32,889 bases of DNA. It comes from Nanobdellati archaeon. Its GTDB lineage: Archaea > EX4484-52 > JAADEF01. The notes below the pieces were generated by a model. That model was given only the letters and a program-made list of their open reading frames with translations, ran no database searches and had not been told where the DNA came from. The stretch lies in NCBI GenBank assembly GCA_015520895.1, contig WAPH01000016.1:1-32889 (forward strand). Reading direction: 5' to 3'. This document shows, one piece after another, positions 16,087 through 24,866 of this stretch (its first letter is position 1; each line of letters begins with the position of its first letter). A program made the position numbers and the translations under genes.

Positions 16087-16574
16087 TAGACATTACTGGT
16101 TTTGCTATTATGCTGTTTAATTTTTTGATTACTTTGTTTTTTCCTCAGCCGTCTTATTTTGTTTTAGAAGGTAATGTTACTTATGTATACGATGGCGATA
16201 CTTTTGAAGTTTTTATTTATAACACATCTACCTATGAAAAGGTGAGATTAAAATGTATAGATTTCCCTGATTTGTATCCTTCTTATCGATTAGAAAAATG
16301 GTTAAAAGCAGGAGTTAATAATAAATCTGTTGTAAAACAATGTTATTATAAGGGTAATGAAATTGTAAAACATCTTGTATTACATAAAAAAGTATATATA
16401 ATAGAGGATAAACCATGGGAACGAGACAAATATGGTAGGTTATTAGGTTATGTGATGTTGAATCAATCATTTGATTTAAATAAATGGCTAATTGTTGAAG
16501 GATACGCTATGCCTTATTATTGTGATACTTATAAGATATATTATAAAAAAGAAGGATGTTTGTGGAATTCTTAA
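16083..16574 (+). CDS. Membrane-anchored staphylococcal-nuclease-like (SNase/thermonuclease) protein
   Basis: N-terminal hydrophobic anchor. SNase motifs YVYDGDTFEV, VRLKCIDFPD (the usual form is RL.GIDAPE) and RDKYGRLLGYV...LIVEGYA. ATGA overlap with the RNase J stop; the alternative start is 16071. Confidence 0.75.
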   Translation: MIDITGFAIMLFNFLITLFFPQPSYFVLEGNVTYVYDGDTFEVFIYNTSTYEKVRLKCIDFPDLYPSYRLEKWLKAGVNNKSVVKQCYYKGNEIVKHLVLHKKVYIIEDKPWERDKYGRLLGYVMLNQSFDLNKWLIVEGYAMPYYCDTYKIYYKKEGCLWNS

Positions 16575-16625
16575 ACATTATATTGCAATATTATTTATTT
16601 AAAACATAGAAAGTTATAATAAGTT

Positions 16626-17108
16626 ATGAGTGATGTAATTTATGTGTTAGATTCAGCAGTTTTTATAAAAAATGCAACTTCTTGGTTTAATGACAAACTT
16701 TGCGTTACTTCATATTTGGTTTATGAGGAACTTCTATCTCCTCAAGCACGAATGGAATTTGAGAGAATGCAACTTCAAAATATGAATTTGTACGTTCCTT
16801 CAAATAAGTTTAGAAAAGAAGTGGAGGCTAAGGTAAAAGGATTAAAGCTAAGCAAAACAGATGTAGAGCTTTTAGCCATAGGTTATGAGTTGTTTAAGAA
16901 GGGCAAGAAAGTTGTTATTGTCACAGATGATTATTGGATACAAAATGCTGCGAGGATGTTAGGAATAGGTTATAAGGGAGTTGAAAGAGGGGAAATATTT
17001 AAGACGTTGAGATGGAAAAAAATATGTGAGAGTTGTAAGCATGAGCAACAAGAAGGAGAAAAATGCTATAAATGTGGATCCAAAATTGTTTGGGTTCCTG
17101 TGCTTTAA
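16626..17108 (+). CDS. nob1: Nob1-like endonuclease (PIN domain plus C-terminal zinc ribbon), 16S rRNA 3'-end maturation
   Basis: PIN acidic residues (VLDSAVFI; VTDDYWIQNAARMLGI) and a CxxC...CxxC ribbon (CESCKH...CYKCGS). The 160-aa length is typical of archaeal Nob1. Confidence 0.75.
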   Translation: MSDVIYVLDSAVFIKNATSWFNDKLCVTSYLVYEELLSPQARMEFERMQLQNMNLYVPSNKFRKEVEAKVKGLKLSKTDVELLAIGYELFKKGKKVVIVTDDYWIQNAARMLGIGYKGVERGEIFKTLRWKKICESCKHEQQEGEKCYKCGSKIVWVPVL

Positions 17109-17139
17109 TTAAATTTTAATTAATCAAATTTCGTATTTT

Positions 17140-17163
17140 ATCAAAGAAAGATTCTTTTTTGAT
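17140..17163 (+). terminator. Hairpin plus T6 tract downstream of nob1
   Basis: atcaaagaa / ttcttttttgat forms a roughly 9-bp stem (one G-U) around a 6-nt loop. The 3' arm contains TTTTTT (17155-17160). Confidence 0.3.
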
Positions 17164-17237
17164 TATCTCTTCCTCTAACTCAGTAAATGTATTAATCCTT
17201 TTTAATTTTTTAAAATTTCACCTTTAACATCTCACAT

Positions 17238-19793
17238 ATGAAGATCATAATTAAAAAAGGTAATATGAAAGAATACTTTGATAAATACGGGATTCCTGTG
17301 GTTTTAATTCTTATATTTATTTTTTCATTTTACATGAGAATGCTACCTAATTTAGGGGATTATCTACAAGCCATTGATCCTTATTATATTTATAGAACTA
17401 CTAATGATTTAGTTAATAATAATTTTGAATTAAAAGACATCGATTATATGAGGTATTATCCTACAGGTTTTAGTCCTAAAAAAGAGCTTTATGTTATTTA
17501 TTATCTTTATGGCTTAATTTATGTAATCTTTTTTAAATGGTGGGGCTTTTCTTTTTTGAAGTATGCACAGATTATTCCTGCTTTATTAGGAGCATCTTAT
17601 GTGTTCATAATGTATTTTATTGGTAAAGAATTAAAAGATAAACTTACGGGTGTTTTTGCATCTTTAAATATAGCTGTTCTTAACATTTTATATTACAGAT
17701 CATCAGCAGGATTCTTTGAAAAAGAACCTATCTCTGGTTTGTTTATGCTCTTAAGCTTTCTTTTCTTTATTAAGATGTGGAAATCCAAATCAATTATAGA
17801 TGGGGTTTTATCAGGTATATTTACAGCATTTGCTTATGGAGTATGGGGTGGTGCTGTAGCTTTATTTTACCTTTATCCTTTAATAGGGTTAGCATTAACT
17901 TTCCTTGGAAAAATGGATTGGGACTCTACTAAGGCATATGCTATTACTTTACTCACATCTGTTATTTTCTTCAATTTAATGTACCCTCGTTATCTTTTTT
18001 TAAAAAATACCGTTTTGATGCTTTCTTTTATAACCGCTATTATAATATTAGGAATAGAATATTATAATCTTTATAACCCTCCGGAAAATAAATTTCGTAG
18101 AAACGCATCTATTCTTATTTCTTCATTTTTTATATTCCTTTTATCTTCCTTTTTCATTCCGTTTACTGCAAAGATTCTTTCTTCTCTTTCTCACATTATA
18201 GTTTATAGAAAAGCTGTTATGGAAAGTACTGTTGCAGAAAACATTCCTGCTAATTTGGGTTACTTTTTATCCTCGTATGGTTCTCCCGAAAATCAATTAT
18301 CTTCTAACCTTCTTAATTTAAAGAACTATTTTATTCAACACAATAATTATTTTGTGGCGTCTTTAATTTCTTTTCTTATTTTTATTTTAAATATTGTGGG
18401 TATTTTAGTTTCTCCTTATTTATGGATCATTATTGGTTCGGGCTTAATTCTTTATCTATCTTTAAAGTCTAATTCTAATAGAATTATTAATGTTATAGCT
18501 CTAATATCATTTGTTTTAATGATACTCTCTTATGGTTTCTTTTTACATTCTTCTGGATCTAATACTTCCGCAAATATATTGTACGTATTGTCTGCTGCTT
18601 TAATTATACTTTTTGTGCTCTATAACAAACCGAAGGAAGGAATGGTTTTAGTATTTGCAACTGCAACCTTTTTAATGTTTGTGACTAAAGTGAGAATAGG
18701 ATATGTTACAGGTTTTTGGAGTTCCTTGTTGATAGGATATGCTCTCACTTATCTTATAACTGATATGCTGAAAATTTCTTTGAGATCGCTTAAAAACTTG
18801 GATTGGATAAAAATTTCCGCTTTAACTTTTATAGGTCTTTTCTTTATATTTAACACTTACTCTCTGTATGCGCTCGCTAAAACAGTGGGTACTGGAAATT
18901 TAAATCCTGCATGGGAAGAAGCTTTTCATTTTATGAGGAGTTCTTTACCGAAAAATGCAACAATATTATCGTGGTGGGATTTTGGTTATTGGTTCCAAAC
19001 GTTGGGAGAAAGAAGAACCCTGCTTGACGGCGGTAATCAAATAGGTGTAAGGAATATATATGCTGCTCGATATTTTACTTCTCGATACAATGAAACAGAA
19101 GAGTTGCTTTATTTGGCTGTTGCCAGACCAACTCATATCTTATTGGATTATACAATGATAGGTAAATATGCTGCTATGTCAAAGATAGCTAATAACGGTA
19201 AGTGGATAGATAGCTATGCGGAAATGAGATTTAGAGATGTAAAGTATAATCAAGTTATTTATAATGTTTATGGTGGCTATTACACTGTTTATGTGCCTAT
19301 AACTAAAAACGGTACTTTAGACTTTAACCGCAATATTAAATTAGCATTTTATCGTAATCCTCAACAAATGATGTATATAAGGTATTTGTGTACTCCAGAA
19401 GGTGTCCTTGATATTTTTGATTATACTAATATTACTCCTGAGAAAGTTAGTTTTATTGATGAATGTATTTACATTTTACCCGTAGATTATCGGTTGGGAT
19501 ATATGACTATGAAAGATCCTCGGAGCAATTATCCTCGAGAAATTTATAATTCTAACTTCCATAAATTGTATATAGAGAATGGTAAAAGAATACCTTATGT
19601 TAAAAAAGTTTTTGATAATTTTTATGTTAAGATATATAAAGTTAATTATACTTATATTCGTGATCGATTAAACGAATTAGGTATTTCTCAAGATTATATA
19701 AATAAATCATTTGAAAAATGTATTTTAACACCTCATGGACAAAAAGATATTAATGAATGCCCTTTATATTACAAACCTGAAGAAAGAAGGTGA
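17238..19793 (+). CDS. aglB: Oligosaccharyltransferase AglB (STT3 family)
   Basis: 851 aa. Multi-TM N-terminal domain, the WWDYG-type motif as WWDFGYW, and a soluble C-terminal domain. Confidence 0.88.
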   Translation: MKIIIKKGNMKEYFDKYGIPVVLILIFIFSFYMRMLPNLGDYLQAIDPYYIYRTTNDLVNNNFELKDIDYMRYYPTGFSPKKELYVIYYLYGLIYVIFFKWWGFSFLKYAQIIPALLGASYVFIMYFIGKELKDKLTGVFASLNIAVLNILYYRSSAGFFEKEPISGLFMLLSFLFFIKMWKSKSIIDGVLSGIFTAFAYGVWGGAVALFYLYPLIGLALTFLGKMDWDSTKAYAITLLTSVIFFNLMYPRYLFLKNTVLMLSFITAIIILGIEYYNLYNPPENKFRRNASILISSFFIFLLSSFFIPFTAKILSSLSHIIVYRKAVMESTVAENIPANLGYFLSSYGSPENQLSSNLLNLKNYFIQHNNYFVASLISFLIFILNIVGILVSPYLWIIIGSGLILYLSLKSNSNRIINVIALISFVLMILSYGFFLHSSGSNTSANILYVLSAALIILFVLYNKPKEGMVLVFATATFLMFVTKVRIGYVTGFWSSLLIGYALTYLITDMLKISLRSLKNLDWIKISALTFIGLFFIFNTYSLYALAKTVGTGNLNPAWEEAFHFMRSSLPKNATILSWWDFGYWFQTLGERRTLLDGGNQIGVRNIYAARYFTSRYNETEELLYLAVARPTHILLDYTMIGKYAAMSKIANNGKWIDSYAEMRFRDVKYNQVIYNVYGGYYTVYVPITKNGTLDFNRNIKLAFYRNPQQMMYIRYLCTPEGVLDIFDYTNITPEKVSFIDECIYILPVDYRLGYMTMKDPRSNYPREIYNSNFHKLYIENGKRIPYVKKVFDNFYVKIYKVNYTYIRDRLNELGISQDYINKSFEKCILTPHGQKDINECPLYYKPEERR

Positions 19794-19798
19794 TCAGG

Positions 19799-20800
19799 AT
19801 GATTTTTTATTTTTTAGCTTCCTTTTTTGGTTTATTATTATCTTTTATTGTAACTTTACTTATGCTTAAAAAAATAATTCCGTTTTTTTACAATATTGGG
19901 TTACATGGAAAAGACATGAACAAACCTTGTTATTCGGCGGTTCCGGATGGAGGAGGTCTCATAGTCATATTAGGTTTCTTAATATCTGCTTATATTACTT
20001 TAATCGTTTCTTATTTTTTTGACATCACTTTTTCTTTTAATTTTATACACTCCACTTTTCTTTCACTTTTATTATTAAGTTTATTAGGCTTCTTAGAAGA
20101 TCTTACTAATCTAATAAGGAGCAAGAATCGTAAAAAAATAGGTTTTAAGCAAATATATAAGCTGTTTATACCTATCCCTGCTTCTTTACCTGTTGTTTTA
20201 GCCGTCCTTTCAAGAGATTACATCACATTGCCTTTTTTAGGGCCTTTGCATGTAGGTTATGTATATCCTTTAATTTTAGTACCGATAGGCATAATAGGAG
20301 CAAGTAATGCAACTAATCTTTTAGGGGGTTTGAATGGATTGGAAGGATTACTTTCTTTAATCTCTTTTTCTGCTATTGCTATCTATTCCTTGCACATAAA
20401 TAATTATTTTATTTTATTTATATCTTTATGTTTAATAGGCAGCATTATGGCGTTTCTTTTTTATAACTGGTATCCTGCTAAAGTATTCCCGGGAGATAGC
20501 TTTACTTATTTTGTAGGAGGTTCTATAGCTGTTCTTAGCATACTAGGTGATTTTGAAAGATTTGCTATATTTCTTATGCTTTTATGGTTTATCGAATTTG
20601 TATTGAAAATAAGAAGCAAGTTTAAAGCAGAGTGCTTTGGGAAACCATTATCTGATGGTGCTCTTCAAAGACCCTATGATTCTATTTACTCTTTAACCCA
20701 TATTTTTATGAACGGTAAAAGAGGCGAGAAGCAGATAGTTTTATTGCTTGCACTTTTACAACTTTTTATAAGCGTGGTGGCGTTAATAATTTATTGGTAA
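19799..20800 (+). CDS. aglH: Glycosyltransferase family 4 (MraY/WecA/GPT-like) dolichyl-phosphate sugar-1-phosphate transferase, AglH-like
   Basis: Polytopic membrane protein with FLEDLTNL, NATNLLGGLNGLE and YPAKVFPGDSFTYFVGG motifs. AGGTGA lies 5 nt before the ATG at 19799. An alternative GTG at 19790 overlaps the aglB stop. Confidence 0.8.
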   Translation: MIFYFLASFFGLLLSFIVTLLMLKKIIPFFYNIGLHGKDMNKPCYSAVPDGGGLIVILGFLISAYITLIVSYFFDITFSFNFIHSTFLSLLLLSLLGFLEDLTNLIRSKNRKKIGFKQIYKLFIPIPASLPVVLAVLSRDYITLPFLGPLHVGYVYPLILVPIGIIGASNATNLLGGLNGLEGLLSLISFSAIAIYSLHINNYFILFISLCLIGSIMAFLFYNWYPAKVFPGDSFTYFVGGSIAVLSILGDFERFAIFLMLLWFIEFVLKIRSKFKAECFGKPLSDGALQRPYDSIYSLTHIFMNGKRGEKQIVLLLALLQLFISVVALIIYW

Positions 20801-20846
20801 AATATATAAACAACTTCTTCCTTTAATATCTTTAGGAGGGGTGTTT

Positions 20847-21974
20847 ATGAAAAAACAATGGTTAATATTAGCCTTAATATTTATAGGATTAATAGGTGCA
20901 AGTTATGCAGAGGACGTAACTAATGCTTTGACATGTGAAATAGAAAAAACATCTTCTCCGCCCTCTAATTATCAACCTTTGCTATACGTATTGGCAGGAG
21001 ATGCTTCAACTTATGATTCTTCAAGCGATTTAGTATTTAATGCTCATGTCTCTAATTATTCATCTACTATCTCTCCCATGCCTCAGTTTGCTTTATATTG
21101 TTCAGCAGATAGTTATGGTAAAATTGGTGGAATGGTTGTTGGTCCTCCTGGATGTTCTAAATACTCTTCTTTAGGATTTATGGCTCTTATTAATTTAAGC
21201 GATGCCGAAAATGCACATTTAAAACTTAAAGATGGTTCGTCTTTAACAGGAGACTATAATTATCAATTATGTATTTATCCTTATGATACTGTGGGAAGCT
21301 ACATTACTTGTAAATATGAATATGGTAAAGAATGTGACACCGGCTATACTTGTTTATTTAAATTAACCGGGGTTTATAGCTCTTCCGCTACCTCTTTTGC
21401 TGGTACTAATGCTCACCTTTACGAATGCGGTTATGATTTAGGTAGTACTCCTTATTATACGGTTTGCTGTCAGTATCATGTAGGTCTTTCTAATGATGTT
21501 ATTACCGATGTTTCTTCTCCTGTTGCAGGAAGCATATCTGCTACTTCCACAGAAAAAAACATTTATGTTTTGTTAGGTTTAACCGATAACTTTATTGTAA
21601 ATCTTTATAATCCTTCTGATACACCAAAGGTGATTGACCTTTATCTTGAAACAAATAATAATTTATTTAAATACTTTTTATGGTTTGAAGACGAGAGTAA
21701 AAGATATTCTGAAGATCCGACTCACATACAATTAACCATCCCTCCTAAACAAAGTAAAAGTGTGACTGTTAATGTTTTTGGAGGAAAGGTAGGTATTTAC
21801 GATTTGGTTATTAAGAAAGTTGTTGATGGAGATCCTGCAAGTGAAAATGTAATTTATAATTCTACAGTAACTGTTATTCCAGGTAAAACTCCAGGAACTG
21901 TTGGTAAGTCTCCAGAAGGTTCTTATATTTTACTTTTAACTATTTTGAGTATGGTTGCTTTGTTAATAAAATAA
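20847..21974 (+). CDS. Secreted Cys-rich surface protein with signal peptide and C-terminal TM anchor (candidate S-layer or envelope glycoprotein)
   Basis: Signal peptide MKKQWLILALIFIGLIGASYA. 10 Cys by my count. 3 N-x-S/T sequons. Ser/Thr/Tyr/Gly-rich beta-type composition. C-terminus SPEGSYILLLTILSMVALLIK. GGAGGGG precedes the ATG at 20847. Confidence 0.6.
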   Translation: MKKQWLILALIFIGLIGASYAEDVTNALTCEIEKTSSPPSNYQPLLYVLAGDASTYDSSSDLVFNAHVSNYSSTISPMPQFALYCSADSYGKIGGMVVGPPGCSKYSSLGFMALINLSDAENAHLKLKDGSSLTGDYNYQLCIYPYDTVGSYITCKYEYGKECDTGYTCLFKLTGVYSSSATSFAGTNAHLYECGYDLGSTPYYTVCCQYHVGLSNDVITDVSSPVAGSISATSTEKNIYVLLGLTDNFIVNLYNPSDTPKVIDLYLETNNNLFKYFLWFEDESKRYSEDPTHIQLTIPPKQSKSVTVNVFGGKVGIYDLVIKKVVDGDPASENVIYNSTVTVIPGKTPGTVGKSPEGSYILLLTILSMVALLIK

Positions 21975-22271
21975 TTTTTTCTTTATCTCTTCATTTATTT
22001 TTTCAGGAGTCCAAGGAGGATCAAATACTAAATTAATTGTTATGCTTTTAATACCTTTTATAGTAGAGAGTTTTTGCCTTATTTCGTCTAATATATAATC
22101 TCCTAAAGGGCATGTAGGGGTTGTTAAAGTCATTGTTATTGTAACTTCTCCTTCTTTCTCTATTTTTATATCATATATAAGTCCAAGATCTACAATATTT
22201 ATTCCTAATTCTGGATCTATTATTTCCTTTAATTTCTTTTTTATCTCCTCTTTTAACATATTATCACTCAA
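21963..22271 (-). CDS. DUF59 / MIP18-family Fe-S cluster assembly protein (SufT-like)
   Basis: IIDPELGINIVDLGLIYDI ... VTITMTLTTPTCPLGDYI is the DUF59 signature. Confidence 0.8.
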   Translation of the reverse strand: MSDNMLKEEIKKKLKEIIDPELGINIVDLGLIYDIKIEKEGEVTITMTLTTPTCPLGDYILDEIRQKLSTIKGIKSITINLVFDPPWTPEKINEEIKKKLFY

Positions 22272-22836
22272 AATAAGAAAGATAATCTTTTAAAAGCAAA
22301 TTTTGAACATCATTTACCTCCATACCTTTGAGAGCAAAATATTCCTTTTCTTTTTCATTTATGTCAGATATAGTGCTTTCATGAGTGGCTGCTTTTATTT
22401 GATTAGTCTTTAAATTTAATTGTGGTGTAGCTTTTGCTCGTGCTTGGATACTATAGAGGTATATTTGCTGCCTTAAATGTATCTCTTCAATTTTTTCATT
22501 TACATTTGCTATTTCTTTTAACTCTAATTTACTTGTATTTAAAAGAAAAGCATTGGTATTGATTATAGCCATAGAATCTTTTTTCATTTCATAGGTGCTT
22601 CTCAATTTTATATGAGATCTTTTTTTGCCTACTATTACTCTGAATATACGTATCTTTTTACCTTTGATAAAGAATTGCTCTTTAATATTGTGATTTTCTT
22701 GTAAATTGTAAAGTATTCTTATATCTAAATTCTTTCCTTCTATGTTCATTTCTTTTATGGGTTTTTTTATTACGATTATTGCATTTTTTTCATCTATTTT
22801 TATTTTTTCCCATTTATTTATAAACAATTTTTTCAT
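22264..22836 (-). CDS. sufD: Strongly shortened SufD-like protein
   Basis: It sits between sufB and DUF59. The C-terminal segment KAATHESTISDINEKEKEYFALKGMEVNDVQNLLLKDYL matches the SufB/D C-terminal pattern (A.H..t.g.i.ee.l.YL..RG........ll...F). It is only 190 aa. Confidence 0.6.
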   Translation of the reverse strand: MKKLFINKWEKIKIDEKNAIIVIKKPIKEMNIEGKNLDIRILYNLQENHNIKEQFFIKGKKIRIFRVIVGKKRSHIKLRSTYEMKKDSMAIINTNAFLLNTSKLELKEIANVNEKIEEIHLRQQIYLYSIQARAKATPQLNLKTNQIKAATHESTISDINEKEKEYFALKGMEVNDVQNLLLKDYLSYFE

Positions 22837-24149
22837 CCTATCCCTCTTTCTATCTCTAATTCTAAGAGTTTTTTAAACTCTACTGCAATATCTAAAGGAA
22901 TCTGAGCTAATTCCTCTTCCACATAACCAACACTTATTATTTTTAAAGCATCTTGAATATTTATACCTTTTGTAAAAAAATATTCTTTTATTTCGTCATT
23001 AAAAAAACTAGTTCTTGCTTCATGTGCAATCTCAGATTCTTTATTGTTATTTATTAGCTCTGGAATGGTTATGACTTCTCCTTTATCTAATAACAAGGTA
23101 TCGCAATCGCTTACACCTATACATTTTTTTCCACTTGCTTTTAATGTATTATTAAAAACATTAATTGCATCTTTATATACTATGCTTTTAGATGAAACAT
23201 ATGCATGAGATTTTTTTCCTTTTAATATAATATTGCTTCCACTTATATGAATTTGATTTTCTTTTGTACTGGAAATACTTTTCATTAATATTTTCGCTTT
23301 TTCACCTTTAACTATTATGTTTGGTTTTTTTATGCTTTTTTTGGATCCTATGTTTATATCTATCCACTCTACTCTGGCTTTTTTTTCTACTCTTAAATAT
23401 TTATAAGGTGTATTTACAATGTTTCTACTCCAATTTTGTAATGTAACAAATTTTCCTTTTACTTTTTTATTTATTAAAGCTTCCATTGCTCCTAAATGAA
23501 AAGAATATTTGCGATAAAGAGGAGCAGCGCAACCTTCTATATAATAAAATTCTGAATTTTTTTCTAAGACCATCACTGTTCTTTCAAATTGACCTATATT
23601 TTCATGTTTCATGGTGAAATAAGCATAAAATGGTAAAGATATTTTAAGATCTTGAGGTATGTAAATAAAAAGGCCCCCGCTCATTAGAGCTAGATTTAAA
23701 GCGTTTCTCGGATTTCTTAAATCACCTATTTTACCTAAATATTTTTTAACCAATTTTTTATGTTCTTTTGAGGCAACTTCTAAAGGCAAGATTATTGCTC
23801 CTTTTTCTAAAAATTCTTTTTTTATGTTGTAATGAAGTAAAGAAGAATCTTTTTGAATGCTCGTTCCTGCAAAAAAGCTCTTTTCAATTTCATTAATGTT
23901 AAGATAGTCATAAATTTCTTCTATTTCTTTTGGTATTTTTTTTATTTTTGCTTTTGATGGTTCAGGAACGAATACTTTGAAATCATTAAAATTTATGTCA
24001 TTCTCAATACTTTTTAATACTTTATCATTTTCTTTGTTTTTTAAGAATAGTTTTATCGCTTTTAATCTTAATTTTCTTAACCATTTTTCTTCTCCTTGCC
24101 TTTCGGATATGGTTTCAATAATATTTTCAAAATCAATCTTCTCCCACAT
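22833..24149 (-). CDS. sufB: Fe-S cluster assembly protein SufB
   Basis: 438 aa. FYYIEGCAAP motif, beta-helix repeat region, and C-terminal HEARTSFFNDEIKEYFFTKGI. Overlaps sufC and sufD. Confidence 0.85.
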   Translation of the reverse strand: MWEKIDFENIIETISERQGEEKWLRKLRLKAIKLFLKNKENDKVLKSIENDINFNDFKVFVPEPSKAKIKKIPKEIEEIYDYLNINEIEKSFFAGTSIQKDSSLLHYNIKKEFLEKGAIILPLEVASKEHKKLVKKYLGKIGDLRNPRNALNLALMSGGLFIYIPQDLKISLPFYAYFTMKHENIGQFERTVMVLEKNSEFYYIEGCAAPLYRKYSFHLGAMEALINKKVKGKFVTLQNWSRNIVNTPYKYLRVEKKARVEWIDINIGSKKSIKKPNIIVKGEKAKILMKSISSTKENQIHISGSNIILKGKKSHAYVSSKSIVYKDAINVFNNTLKASGKKCIGVSDCDTLLLDKGEVITIPELINNNKESEIAHEARTSFFNDEIKEYFFTKGINIQDALKIISVGYVEEELAQIPLDIAVEFKKLLELEIERGIG

Positions 24150-24786
24150 AATCCTTTATAACCTCCATATTTCCTTCTTTTAATATTTTTCCGTTTTCCA
24201 TTATGGCTACCTTTTTCCCTACCATCTTAGCAAAATTTACATCATGCGTTATTACTAACGCAGTATGTTGCTTTAATAACTCCGCTAATATTTTTTTACT
24301 TTTAATGTCTAACCCAGCATCTACTTCATCTAATATCATTATTTTTGGTTTTAAGAGCAAAGTACTTATTACTTCTATTTTTTTTCTTTCTCCTCCTGAG
24401 AGTTCTTTAGAATCTAATTTTTTATTCAATATTGTAGGAGGAAGATGAAACATTTTAAGATAATTGCTGATCAAGTTATCGTCGGTGGTTATTGCGTAAA
24501 ACAAACGTTTTACAGTTAAATGAGGTATCTCTGGCGGGTTTTGTAATACATAAGTAATACCTTGTTTTACACGTTCATGAGGTTTAAATTTATCAATTTT
24601 TTTATTTTCTAAATATATGTTTCCCTCGTAATCTATGAGCCCTGCAATTGCTCGGGCCAAAGTGGTTTTGCCAGCACCATTCTTACCCAATAAAACTTTT
24701 GTTTCTTCTTTATTAACCTCTAAATTTACTCCTTTAACAATATCCTTTACTTTTACATTTTCTAATTTAAGAACCACAAGAACCAT
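24133..24786 (-). CDS. sufC: Fe-S cluster assembly ATPase SufC
   Basis: ABC ATPase: Walker A GKNGAGKTTL, signature LSGGERKK, Walker B IMILDEVD, H-loop ITHD. First gene of the suf operon. Confidence 0.85.
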   Translation of the reverse strand: MVLVVLKLENVKVKDIVKGVNLEVNKEETKVLLGKNGAGKTTLARAIAGLIDYEGNIYLENKKIDKFKPHERVKQGITYVLQNPPEIPHLTVKRLFYAITTDDNLISNYLKMFHLPPTILNKKLDSKELSGGERKKIEVISTLLLKPKIMILDEVDAGLDIKSKKILAELLKQHTALVITHDVNFAKMVGKKVAIMENGKILKEGNMEVIKDYVGED

Positions 24787-24790
24787 ATCT

Positions 24791-24809
24791 AATATAACAG
24801 TGTTATATT
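24791..24809. promoter_or_regulatory. Perfect 8-bp-arm palindrome in the sufC / tRNA-Phe divergent promoter region
   Basis: AATATAAC-agt-GTTATATT lies 5 nt upstream of the sufC start codon (24784-24786, minus strand). Candidate operator or TATA-overlapping site. Confidence 0.3.
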
Positions 24810-24866
24810 TTTTAAAGTTTTGTTAAAATTTTTAAAAAATTAGTAGTTTCCTTAATATTTATTGAG

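Noticed and set aside
16580-16591. 12-bp palindrome ATATTGCAATAT between the SNase-like gene and nob1.
   Set aside because: A short, AT-rich palindrome is expected by chance at this composition. It also coincides with the likely TATA region of nob1.
17109-17237. About 33 stop-free minus-strand codons in the nob1-aglB spacer that read like protein (…KKLKRINTFTELEEEIIKKESFFDKIRNLIN).
   Set aside because: There is no ATG/GTG/TTG start and no SD. The length is within chance expectation across six frames. The same DNA is better explained as a hairpin/T-tract terminator plus the aglB promoter. It could be a gene remnant, but that cannot be supported.
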